In this document: piece after piece, positions 25,405 to 37,876 of the stretch
Numbering within the stretch: position 1 is the stretch's first letter
How the letters are laid out: each line of letters starts with the position of its first letter
Assembly (NCBI GenBank): GCA_008632985.1
Contig: QPGO01000010.1
Coordinates: forward strand, 248,001-312,000
Source of the DNA: Psammoneis japonica
Lineage: Eukaryota
Direction: 5' to 3'
DNA: 64,000 nt
The notes under the pieces: generated by a model
What the model was told of the DNA's origin: nothing
What the model saw: the letters and a program-made list of their open reading frames with translations, nothing else
Databases searched by the model: none
Program-made: the position numbers and the translations under genes

Positions 25405-28385
25405 AATCACACGAATGGTGATTCCAAGCGCTTCCAAATGCTGGTGGTGTGTGGGATCCAGCTTGTTCAACCGCCACAACTCCTTTTGCCGTGGCACACA
25501 CGCAGCGAGGGCGGCGGACCCCTTGTCATCCCGTTGGTTCTTTTGACTTTTTCAACACTGCCCATCTCATCATGAAACTCCTTCCATTGCTTGTGTTTGG
25601 CTTCCCATCTCTTTTCATCAAGATCGCATTGGACTCCAGGTGTGGCGACAAAGCTGATGCTCTCCAAGAGGTTGAGCTGGTCCTTGCGCAAAAACTGGTG
25701 ATGGCGACGTTGATTGGCCAGCCACCAGGCCAGCCACTCAGCCAAGTGGGGAAAATTGTGGGATCATGGACAACAGGGCAAAGAGTGGATCTAATCCTTG
25801 CATCCTTTTCAATGGTCCACAGTTAAAAAATGAATTCAACCTCCTTTTGTTCACATGCTTGTGTGTCGTCGGAGGACATGTGGGGAAAGGGATGAGTGAA
25901 GAGAGGCTTCTGCTTTGCGGGTGTGTGCCAACTGCTGAGAGACTGGAGACACAGAGACTTTTTCTGTTGCACACCACAAATTTGCACAAACATCTAACCT
26001 GCAAAGCATGTTGTGTGCTCAATCATGTCACAATTGCCAAAACAAACCCAACCTCACATCAACTTGATGCTGAGTTGCAGTGAATGCTGCTTCCTTCTTC
26101 AAGGTGACCCACCTTCCAACTGTTGAACCATTTGCATCCTACAAACTTTTTGAACGCGTGTGCTTCTTGGACAAAAGCTCTTGCTCTTTCTCATTCTCTA
26201 AAAGAGCAACCAACAGCAACAACAGCCACAAGTGACTGCCCCAAATGATGACTTTCTCAATTTTTCAAAGATGTGGCATTTTCTCCAAAGAAATGAGCAC
26301 ACTGCTTGTCAGAGCGCAGCCTTGGAGAGATGACTGCGATGACACATGACACGGCCATCATCACCGTCACATGTCTTGAAAGCACAGAGCATTGAAAAGC
26401 TCAGTGAAAGCCCCTGCCATGATTCTTCTACTGTCTTCCTCTCTGATGCAGATGACAACATTGCCCAAACCCCACATCAAGCAAAAAACTTTTGACACAG
26501 AATGAGAATTTGTTGTGGAAGTGGCAAGCCATCCCAAAAAGTCTGACACACCCCATCACTCTCAACAACAAAAAGAGCACACAACAATGGCAAGTGTGAT
26601 GGTGAGAAGCAACACACATTGTGGGAGAGGAAAAGACCTCTCATGCAGAGACCAGCCAGAAATTGGGTGGCCATTTTTTTTACGATGAGCTTTCTTGGTC
26701 CGAGCTCTTTGACACATGCTTTCTTGGTCTGAGCTCTGTGACACATCTGACATGATGAGAAAAGCAGCAACAAGAACAACACAACAAAACATCACCAGAT
26801 CCACATGATGCTGAAGGCAGTGAAAACACCAACAAGCTGACATTTTGTGGGAAGAAAAGACTTTGTGCACATGGCAGAGTTGAAAAATCAAGCCAAGAAT
26901 GCCTTGATGACATGTGATGATCTCCTGGCAGGCCAGCTCCAGGCTCACAAGTCCATGCAATCTCATGATCTCAATGACTCATCTGTCTGGAGCCAAGGAT
27001 GAGGACAGCTGTGCTTCCAAATCACCTCCTCCAAGCAGTGCGGGTGACAGTGATGATGACAATGAAGTTCTTTGTCAAGGGAGCAATGGGTGACTTTTGC
27101 CTGCACAGTTGCGATGAAAAATCAATCCAGGGAGATGATGATGAGAGTTCATGGCCCAGCCTTTGTGATCTGCAATTGCCTCTTAAGATGTGGACATGCA
27201 TGAGAGCAACAATGCCTTGAACTCACCTGGTTTGTGTGATGCTGACTCTGATGCTGACAACAAGAAAGGCTGCAGGAAAGCAGAGCCATAGATGGCTCAA
27301 TTGCCAAACACTCCAAAGTGACCAAGGAGGTTGGCACAACACCAAATTCTTGCACAGAACAGTCCTGCAGGCACTCAGACAGAAATGCAAGCCTCCTCAA
27401 AAACACAGCACCATGTCATGAGACTCATTTGCACGCTCTGATGGTGCCTGCATGCAGATCATACTTTCTTGTTGGGTTGTTGCAAACAATGTTGCACACA
27501 TGCAAATTTTCAGTTTGTCAAGATTTGCCAGATCTGTGTGGGACCATCCTGAGCTGCACTGTCAATGGAGCAAAGATCAGCTGGTGTTCAACCCACCCAC
27601 CATGCCAGGCCTGCACGTGCTCCTGTTGTGGGTGGTTGCAGCACAAATTGTCAATGAGCAGCTGGTTGAGAACACCTCTCAGTTCCCAACAAAGCTGTCA
27701 AAATCAAACTTGTCACAAAAGGCATCTCACACGACCAAGCCAGCACACATCAGAAGTGTGCCTTTGGCTCGTGGACCCCCCCAACTTGTTTGTCACAAAG
27801 TCTTCTTTGCAGTTTTTTGGAAGTTTTTTGTCTTCCTTGGAGCAAAGTGTGGAGGCATTGATGAACTGTGTCTTGGCTCATCATTGCTGCAACAACAGGT
27901 TTTTGCCATGGTGATCTCCTGCTGTGGGGCTTCCCACTTGAGCTGTCTCTTGTTGTTTGTTGGAGGCAGCAGGACAGCAGAGTTGTGGATTCTCTTTTGT
28001 TGCCAGAGGCAGAAAAAAGCAACCCATGCCTGCAGCTGGTGCATGGTCCATTCTTGCTTCCCCCCTGTCACTGGGTGGCAAGTTGTCACAGCATGCACCC
28101 TCTCAGAGCAGCATTCCTCTGGGACATTGTGCCCACTGCCATCAGACCACCACATGTGGGGTGGCCATCCCCAAATGCCCAGCACAAAAGCACAGCATTG
28201 CTGCTGCTGCTGCTGCTGCTGGCAACACACAGAACATGACAGCCGATGCTCTTTGCCAATTGAAAGATCCAAAAAAAGACATCCAAGATCAGCGAAAAAA
28301 AGTTGAAAAAGCGGTGAGTCGGGATCACGATCCAAACTGAACGCGAAGCGCGCATTGGACAATCACCTGAATGCTGCACTCCAGC
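25405..28385. other. TpA- and CpG-depleted hypermutated block 2
   Basis: TA nearly absent, TG/CA rich, Tyr-free Cys/His/Gln-rich spurious ORFs. Normal composition returns at about 28386. Confidence 0.92.
25545..25745 (-). pseudogene. Relic of a helicase-associated (HA) repeat protein
   Basis: WLANQRRHHQFLRKDQLNLLESISFV...RWEAKHKQWKEFHDEMG resembles the HA repeat WV..QR..Y..L...R...LESIGFVW...W...Y..L..F....G. Confidence 0.7.
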
Positions 28386-28903
28386 TTTAGTCTCTAGTAG
28401 AGTGAAAGGTGACGCTAAGCTGCGCTGTGAAGCTAAAACGTTTGTCAATGGATAATTATTAACACAGAAAAGAAAAGGCAAAAAACTCAGGCGGGCGTAA
28501 CCTATAACCAAGTGGCGGATACAACGCGTGCGGCCGAAGTGCTCATTGCTCACTCGATTGTTCAAGCCCATTCAAATTGCGATTGGGCTTTGCTCTTACT
28601 TCAATAGCTGAGGGTTGTTAGCCAAAGAAAGAAGCATGTTTCATGCAAAAAGGAACACACCGTAGAAAACAGAGTTTCTGACATTGCAATCTTTATCTGC
28701 GTGAAATTTATTCCGCACGTCCGTCAATGTACTAAGATGACGGTCGTAGATCTAGCGTGCTCTGATCCCGTCTTTATCCAGAGAATAGCAATGTCATACT
28801 GTGATCCTGCTACTCACTCGTAAAAAGTTAATTTCTTTTCTATTTGTGAAATGGTTAAACGTAAAAAGTAGTAGTATTGAATCAATGACAACGCGCTTCA
28901 TTC

Positions 28904-30068
28904 TCAGGTGTCGGCACGAGCGCGCTTCAACGGAGTCGACGCCGAGGTGGCTGCTCCATCCATATGGCTGCGCTTCCGACTAGGAGGCGAAGCACAACGT
29001 GCGGCTTCGTCCATGGTTTTTGCCTTTTTGGCAATCACAACCTCCGTGACGGAATCGGATCTAGTCCGTCTTGTGGAGGAAGGGGTGGTGCTGGGTTGTG
29101 ACGGTTCCTCGTCTTTGCGTTTCCGAGTATTCTGTATTTTATAATGATTCTTGGGTGCTCTCTTGTTGCCAGCGTGCTTTCCACCCTTTGGTGCCTTTCG
29201 ACTCGTCGACACCTTGCGTGAAACGGTTCCTCGAGAGGATGATGATGATGGTTCAGTAGTTTGTTTGTGTGTGCGCTGTTGTGCTTGGGCTTCTTGTGGT
29301 ACGTAAACATTAGCATTCGGTTGTTGTAGTAGATTCGAAAGGCTCATTCGGGAAGTCAATTCGTCAATGGCATCCGTGACAGAGAGTCCTCGTTCCTTGG
29401 TGGCTCGCTGAATAGCACGTGACACAACAAGTGCCTTGGATGCTTCATCCAAACCAATCCCATACTCTTTCATTACAGAGAGCAACTGATTCGAAAACAG
29501 AAAGGGTGAGAAACTAGCAACTTATCATTCAAAACCAATATACTACACGTGAATTCCTCGAAAGAAACCACAAACAGAACACAAGAGCTCAACGAACGCC
29601 AGCCAAAAAGATGAGAACTGGGGTGCGTGCGTGATCCCGTCATACCACAGTCTGTCCGTGACCAATCGTGGTTTGATCAAAGGCAGTTAACCGCCTGTAG
29701 AATTCTACATACGCAACTTCTGGTAGCCTTTCTACGCGATTTCCACAGGCCAGCGAAACAAGAGGCAATGGCGCTCAGCTTCGGAATTCACCGCCTCGGA
29801 CACCCGCCACCACTCCTTAATGGCCTCATAACGCTTTCGATACTCAATACAATCCATACGCATGACACTGCGGTCGTCTTACCTCAGCCTCGTGGTTTGT
29901 CGACTCCTTATCGCCTCGTTTCAATTCGTGCAAAAGTAGTGCCGTCGCTCGTTCGCGGCTGTAACCGTGTTGTCCCATAAGTTGTGACACACCATTCGAT
30001 ACCGCGTCCATAAATTTGGACTTTGCTGCTCTAGCGTTGCTGTTGTTTGTATTTTTGATTGCAGTCAT
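28904..30068 (-). CDS. Hypothetical protein; 2 exons (30068-29883, 29485-28904)
   Basis: Two ORFs join in phase 0 through a GTAAG..TCAG intron at 29882-29486. Basic low-complexity C-terminus. Confidence 0.65.
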
Positions 30069-30516
30069 GATTTTATCTGTCGTTGCGTGAAGCTGTGTAT
30101 GTTTGTCAGCCGTTCTTGATGTCGATGGGCTTTGTTTGACCGGACGCTATTTCCAAATCGCTAGTCGAATTTTCCAGACAACTAATATACACGGATCGGA
30201 TACAAGGAATGATAGAACGATTCGATAGGTCGCAAGAGGTCAATGTCAAGTGCTGTTGGTGGTGTCGCTGTTGTCTCTCGCGTTTCGTTGTGTCTGTTGT
30301 GCGAGTTTTCTCGCTCTGTTGGTGGAAGCACGATGACAACGGATTTTCTACGGTAGCACGTAGAACCCTCTACATTTCTACGGGCTGACGTGTGTGTATC
30401 AGAATGACCGTAGATTTCAACGTACGTATTAGTTGGTATTGAAATCACATAAGGACATTCATGCGCGATTTTTGCGCGCTTTCCATCACCATCACACAGA
30501 CACAAAATCCTTCACC

Positions 30517-32090
30517 ATGAGCGACGACAAGATACCGTCAAAACAGCGTCGCCCACCACCACCCCAACCCTTCGAAGTCACGGTGGCTCGTAAGCTAGAC
30601 TCATTGTCCAACAGTCTCTTGGAAACCTTTCTTCGTCTCGACGTGGATCGTGATGGATACGTGACTCGCAGTGATCTCAAAACAGCGCTGCACAATGTCT
30701 GTGGGATCGACCTGACCGAGTCTCAAATGGACTCTCTCTTTGTACGATTTGCCTATTTTGAGGACGATGCCAAAGTACAACACGGAATTCGTTATCAAGA
30801 GTTTGTCCGGTATATTGACGCGACTGCCAAACAGCGTCTTTCTTTGACACAGCCATTAGAAGGTACTTCGACTCTGTTGGATGCCAATCAGAACAAACGA
30901 GCGCTGGAGACCATGATGCCTATTTTGTTGGATCCCGATATGGAACGCTCGAGAAAACGACAAGCTCTCTTACGACTCCTTCAATCACACGAATCCAACA
31001 TGACGGCTCTCTTTTTAGAAATGGATGTGCATCGATCGGGACGAATCACGCCAGACGAATTCTGTGATTGGGTCAATTCAAAGATTGGGAAGGACAAGCT
31101 CTTGACGGTACAGCTCTTGAAAGAACTGCTTGGACAGAACATTACAAACCAGACGGTATGATGCAATCGGATTTCGTCAAGGCCATGGCTGATTTGGAAC
31201 GAGACACTCAGAAACTGGGTCTGGAGGAAATGCCATTTGAAGACAATAGTGTAACACACGACGACGATGATTCCTTTGCTGCACGAGAGCATTACCAAGA
31301 AGCTCTAATCGAGTGCGTAGACAATGGCAAGACGGACTTGGAACTTGTCCGGGAAGTGGCTAACCAACTCTTTGTCAAACGAGTCAAACTAGTGGATGCG
31401 TTTCGCAAGTACGATGTTGATGGGACGGGGAAGCTTTCGGCACAAGAATTGTGTCTTGTGTTGGAGGAAGCCGCCGGGCTGCATGTCAGTGTCGATCGAG
31501 CGCAGAGTTTAGTAGACAAATTTGATATAGACGGGGACGGACGACTCAATAAGGGCGAGTTTGTGCGATTGATTGCGTCGTCGTCGACCGCTTCCGATAC
31601 CGAGGAAGAGACACAACCACCTGTGCAGCAGCAGCAGCAGCAAGCGGGAGAAGACACTAATGATGGCGTGGACACATTACGACGGTCTTTAGTGGCAACC
31701 ATTGTGGGACACGAAGAACAAGGACAGCACGTTGAGATTTGCAATCGATTGGATGAGGACGACATTGCTCTTCTCCTAAGCTTTCGACAGGCGCTCAACG
31801 ATGAACACATCATGGCGAGCAAGATCTTTGCAAGCATGGATACGGATCGATCTAGATCCATTACAGCAGAGCAACTCAAGGCAGGCTTTGCGAAAATGGG
31901 GGTAAGTTGAGGAATACCCCTCGCATTAACTTGTGCGATAGTTGGGCTGACTCTTGTCGAATTCTTTTAATCGTTTCAGGTGGACATTTCTCAGGATCAT
32001 GTCGACCATCTCATGACACGTTTCGGAACAGAGGAGACTGGCAAGATGAAGTATCACCAGTTTGTAAAACTTCTCTCTGCCAATCTGTAG
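30517..32090 (+). CDS. Multi-EF-hand calcium-binding protein (frameshift at about 31135; intron 31902-31979)
   Basis: EF loops DVDRDGYVTRSD, DVHRSGRITPDE, DVDGTGKLSAQE, DIDGDGRLNKGE, DTDRSRSITAEQ. Last exon 31980-32090 ends in TAG. Confidence 0.85.
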
Positions 32091-32249
32091 TGGGGGTATC
32101 ATACAGCATAGATCGTTTTTTCACATTCTTGGACTGCTTTTGAAATTCCATCGCGTATTATCTTACAGAAAGAGTCATTAATAAAAAGATCAACCAGCGA
32201 AGAAAGACATCGTCACACAATTGCCTAGGTTGTGCCGCCTAAGGTAGAA

Positions 32250-35200
32250 AGATGTTTGTTGGTGTGCTCGTCGTGCGCCATGGCGTTGATTTGAATCTTG
32301 TTTTGGCGGACTCGTCTGTGATGAGTGCATGCTCTTGATCACAGGTTAAAACACGTCGTGGCAGAGGAAAAGACATGATGGGAAATGTTCAACTTCCCTG
32401 AACCACACAAAAATCCATCAAATTGAAGATCGTCAAAAAGCAACAAATTGATCAAGAGATCCGATGATTGATGATTCCGATTCCATGTCGGAACATGTGC
32501 CAACCATGATGTTTCTTTCGGTTTCGGCCAATGCACATCATTTATGCAGCCCAATGTTGGTGTGGTGAAACAGTGCCAAGACTTTCTTTTTGCCGGGATT
32601 CCTTGTACATTCTGTGTGTCTGACAACAGTCTGAGCCCCCTTCGAAAGGCATCGATTCAAGCTGTCACAATTTCATTGAAGGTGCAAGCAACAAAGACAT
32701 TGCATTGCCATCATCACCATGTTGTTCTCTGTCCTCTTTGTGAATGCTGTGATCAATGTCGCCCACTGTGACTTGATTGGAGTTGTGATTCAACATGAGA
32801 GCACAAGCGATTGGCTTCGTGCTGCTCTTTGGGTCGGACATTGCTTCTTGCCACACGATCTCGATGTTGTTCATGTCACAACATTCTTGGCATTTGTCCA
32901 GGGATCACACCAGGGAATGATGCTGCTCTTGGAGGACTTTTCCCTTGTCAAGCAGCAGTGGTTTCCAAATGTCACTGTCAAATTGATTTGGTCCTCCATC
33001 ATCGGGTCTCCAGTCTGGAGCAAACTCCATTTCATTGCCATCAAGTCCAAAACCATCTCATTGAAGTGTGCGGGACTCATTGTTGGCATGTCCAAGAGAT
33101 GCATCAAGTGTGTCAACTTTGCGAGTGCTGTGGCCTTCTTGAAGTGCTTCGATTTGGCTGTTGTTGTTGTTGTTGTTGTTGTGTTTCACTTTGGCACAGC
33201 TTTCAAGAATTTTGATGTCAGCAGTCTCATGGGATTTTTCTTCTGTCTCATGTTGTTAGTGGCACTTGCCTTTTTCATTTGCGTGCACATGACAGGATCG
33301 CATTTGCCATCAACCGAGGACGATCTGTCTTGCAATGGCAATGACCATGTCAATGAGCCTTGGCAGGTGCCGACGTCCATGTTCAAGAAGGGATTGTTCA
33401 TTTGTTGTTGCCATTCAAACAAGATGTTTGGGGCAACGATTTTAAGGGGCCATTTTGATGATGACCTTGTCCTGCACTGCAACGTGAAATTGGGCAACGG
33501 ACGCAAGAAGCAGATGACTGATGACCACCTTTCAGACCAGCTTGGCTCAGGTCACTTTCAGGTTTTCATTGACATCTTTGATGACCATCTGGATTGCAAC
33601 TTGCAAGATGCTCATTGGGGAAGCTCACCAGGGGATGTTGTCAGTGCAGTCTTTGTGATGATTGCAACTCCAACAAGATGTTTGATTGGGGAGGATTGCC
33701 GAGCATTTTTGTGGGTGTGGTTGTGATGTGCGTGCGTTTTGAATTTTTTGTTCAATTTGCGCTCTCTTTTTCCAAAAGAAGGCCTTTGCTGTCAAGATCA
33801 GAGGTGCAGTCATCTTGATGCTTTGTGGATGAGAGTTTGATGATTGCACTGGGTCTTGAATTCAAGCTCACATTGGATGCACATGTAAATTGAGCTGGTT
33901 CTGAAACACGCCATTGTTTTTGAACAACATGTGAACAAGAACAAGGGATCCACATTGCACTCAAACTCAAACTTGCACTGTGGACCTGCAAATCAAGTTC
34001 TTTCTAAAGCAAAAGTCCAAATGTGCACCTTCTTTTCAGAAGCAGAGGCATGACTGTCAAACAATTTGTGAAGGGAAACTGAAGTCAAGGAAGCCATTCA
34101 GCACATGAAATGCTTGTTCCCTCTGCATGAGATGCTTTGCCATTCTAGTTCAGCTGGCAATCTAGTTTGGTTTTCGGATCAGCATGTGCACCCTGCAGAG
34201 CATTGGGCTCACAGATCAAGATCATGAAAAACACAAAAAAAACAGAAAACGCATCATAAATCAGAACATCTCTTTTTGCGCTCATGGTGCCACAGCATGG
34301 TCGGGATCATCTTTGGGGAAGGCAACCAGTTTGTGTGTGAGACTGCCAACTCTGCTCCCAAAAATGCTTCATCCCAAGCACTCCTGCTTGCAGCACCTCT
34401 TCTCAAACAAAGACATCAGTTTCTCAGCAAGTGGGCCACAGAGAAATGCATGGGATTTGTCCGGCTGCCAATTGATTTGATTGTGCAGGATCTGGTGTGT
34501 TTTCCACTGTTTGAGCAGAAGTGCACAGACTTTTGCAGCATGGTCTCTGTCATCTCTAGACGACCCCAGGTGTTTTTCAACAAAGGTGATTCAGAGGAAT
34601 GTTTGCAATGGACAGATTGCTTGGATTCACATGCACAAAACATTGGGAAGCTGTGAGGCTAGATGGAATCCCTCTTGTTGTGCTTGTCACTTTCAATGTT
34701 TCTCAACACAGATGGATGAATTGAAGGCTCTGTCAATGGATCATCCTTGGGCAGGGGGACTTGTTGGTGTAAGAGGACTGGCAGGAGGAAGTGATGAAGA
34801 TGAGCTTGGCAAAATCAGTCCAAACAATCCGAGACAACCACGCTGCAGTGGAGAAATTGGGACAACAGATCGGGCGCAAGTTGACCCAGACTGCCACTGG
34901 TGCAAGCAGCAAATGTTGCAGCAATGTGGGCTGACCCCTGCTCACCCAAGGCAAAGGGATCAAGCAACCAAGGGCTGTTGTTAACACATGTGAAAGCTCT
35001 GTCAATTGGCTGAGTTGTCGAAGCCGAATCTTCTGACGGATGCTTTGTCGGGGTGAAAGTGGCGTGAGAAGGTGACAGGAGAACCCTGGGTGCTGGGCAA
35101 CAGAGGGTGCCACTGTCATCAATGAGGGCAGAGAGGAAGGGCTTTGGGTTCAAATGAGAGAGGACAAGAAAGAAACCGGCCCTGTGGGACTCACGCTTGT

Positions 35201-36440
35201 GAGAGTCGGTGCCATCATGCCTGCAACACCTGCGCGTCATCTGCTTTCATCTGCATTGAATGGCTCATTCACCAACTCTTCAACTGTTGTCATTGAGGCA
35301 CTTTCGGAGGCCTCAAACATGAAATTATGGTTGCAAGTGACTTTCAAAGAATCAGTGCAAATGAAATCATGCACAACTGTTGCGTCTGTTGTTTTCAAGA
35401 TGGTCTCCATGACTCTGCACACTGGTGTGGTCAGCAAACCACACAAACGCCTGAGACGACCACCAAAACAGTCCTCCAAAAATCCATGCAGCAGGTGCCA
35501 TTTCCCACAACTCAGAATCTTCATCATCAAATGCTGCATTCAGACCGCACCCAAAAAGCACTTCCATTCCTGACGCTGGTTCCGCGACAGTCTCATTTCC
35601 ACTGCCACCCATCAAGCCAACCAACAGGCAACGATGATGCCAGCAATGGTGACAATGGCATGTCTGACAATCAATGCACTTTGCTTTGCTGGCAATGGAC
35701 ATCCGCATCATGCCCCAACTCCAAATCATTTGTGATCACGAAATTCCAATGGTGTGGGGGCAGGAGTCGATTTCAGTTGGTCTGCTGCTGAAATTCAGCG
35801 CGCGTCCAACAACGTTCCTTTCCTCCAGCACATTGACATTAAAGCCATCGCTCTTCTCCAGGGAAGGCAAAATGACATCACATTTGGCATGAGTTTCACC
35901 AACACAAAGCAGCAAGATGTGTCTGGCTACTTCCAGGCCGGACTGCGCCACCGCACATCGTTTGGCTTCTCTTGCACTGCAAACAAGATGACATCTTCCA
36001 CTTGACCCGATGGACATGTTTTGACCACACGTTGGTGGATGATCATTTTGAGAATCTGTGACAATTGGCATTGAGAAACAGAGACGGGGCATTCAGCAAA
36101 GCAAAGTTGTTTCGCCATGGGGTGTGCTGGGTTCCTCAGCAGTCTCAAGAGAATCAATGTTGATGCCCAATCTTGCCAACAAGGAAGTGAGCTTGTGTGC
36201 AACACCAAGGTGGTTGGCTGCACTCAAGGCACACGCCCAGTGTCTGAAGATTCAAGCAGCCAATGGGCAGGTTAAAAATGATGAGATTGGTTGATGGCTA
36301 AATGGGCAGGGGCCCCATGCAATAACAACCGCGCGGCAAATTCCGGGTGATTTTTCAGCAAACAGTTGTCTCGCGACGACTCGAGAAAGATCGTCGCACG
36401 TCGCACGTCGCACTTCCGCCATGAGACTGCACAAGACCGT
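32250..36440. other. TpA-depleted, partly CpG-depleted hypermutated block 3
   Basis: TA rare across about 4.2 kb. Contains a decayed copy of the 5325-5450 sequence. Confidence 0.9.
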
Positions 36441-36551
36441 TGGCTTAGCTTCCTCTCTATGCATCGTAAGGTCTCCAAAGCAGTCGGTTGCTTTGTTCCT
36501 CGTCCGGTATTTGATTTCAGTCGCAGTCGTTTGCACAGAACTGCACTCAAC

Positions 36552-37319
36552 ATGACGACGTCACGAAAAGATCTGATTCGCAAGCTTCTGAAAGGCATTG
36601 AAACGGGAGATCCAGAATCAGCTGCTGTCGTCAATGAGGAAAAGTATATCCAACACAACCCTCAAACTCACGAAGGCGGAGAGGGTCTGGCTGCTCTATT
36701 TGCTCGCTTGTCGAAAACCAATCCTCGTGTCAACGTCGTGAGGGCTTTTGAGGATGGGGATTTTGTGTTTGGCATGACGGAGTACGAGTTCTCCACGTCG
36801 CGAGTAGGATTCGAAGTAATTCGATTTGAAGGAGATCAAGCGGTGGAGCACTGGGACAACATTCAACTTCGTAAAGGACCCAATTCATCGGGACGCTCCA
36901 TGGTTGATGGAACAATCGAATCGAGTGACATGGAAAAGACAGAGGAGAATCGAGAGTTTGTGAAATCATTCGTTCAAGAAGTGTACGTTGCTCGTAAGCT
37001 TGACAAGCTACCAGAATACGTCATTGATAGTTTGATACAACATGATCCACGTATGGGTGATGGACTGGCTGCCTTACAAAGTGCTCTGGAGGAAAGGAGC
37101 ACCGATGGTACATCGAGCATGATGAAGTATGATCGCATTCATCGCGTCCTGGCGGAAGGAAACTTTGTTTTGGTAGTAAGCGAGGGATTCCTCGACCAGG
37201 TGCATACGTCCTTCTACAACATGTTCCGAGTAGCAGATAGAAAGATTGTTGAACACTGGACTACGGTGGAAGCTGTGCCGCCCAAGAGTGAATGGAAAAA
37301 TAACAATGGAAAGTTTTAG
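36552..37319 (+). CDS. Tandem SnoaL-like/NTF2-fold protein, bacterial-type
   Basis: Two repeats with YIQHNP / LIQHDP, EDGDFV / AEGNFV and VEHWD / VEHWT motifs. C-terminus PPKSEWKNNNGKF. No introns. Confidence 0.85.
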   Translation: MTTSRKDLIRKLLKGIETGDPESAAVVNEEKYIQHNPQTHEGGEGLAALFARLSKTNPRVNVVRAFEDGDFVFGMTEYEFSTSRVGFEVIRFEGDQAVEHWDNIQLRKGPNSSGRSMVDGTIESSDMEKTEENREFVKSFVQEVYVARKLDKLPEYVIDSLIQHDPRMGDGLAALQSALEERSTDGTSSMMKYDRIHRVLAEGNFVLVVSEGFLDQVHTSFYNMFRVADRKIVEHWTTVEAVPPKSEWKNNNGKF

Positions 37320-37876
37320 AAGCTCCGCCTCGTGCTCAGTCTTGGCTTGTGGGTACGCTACCCGCTACCCGCCCCCGGAGCATTCTTTGCTTGGTGGACT
37401 ATGGTGTGTTGTAGGTAGAGGAGTGTCGTCATGAAAGCTACACTCCTAGGGCCCTAGCGACGGTCGTACTGTATCGCTTACTACCAGAGAAACAGATGGT
37501 TAACCCCTTCTACAACGCACTTTATTTTAACATGCAAACAAGCATTCAGTATTCGCTGATTCGCTGCCCTTCTCACCACCTCCCAATTTGAATAAAACAA
37601 AGCAGATTCACTCATGCCAATGACGGACGTCGCTATACCCAACGAGCGAATAAATATCCCCTTAGCCGTCAGCTCGCACCCCCGACTTGAGTGTGTTCCT
37701 GACGTACTTCAGAGTACCTATAGTAGCAGCTAAAAGACCACCCCGCTACTAAAATGATGGCACTCCATTTCGAGTGCATACGAATTCCTAAGGCATGATT
37801 ATTTTGTTGAGAAAGTAAGCCCGCATCATTTAAGACCAGAAAACTCTTGACGGCTTCTGCCTCCAATGCAGATACA

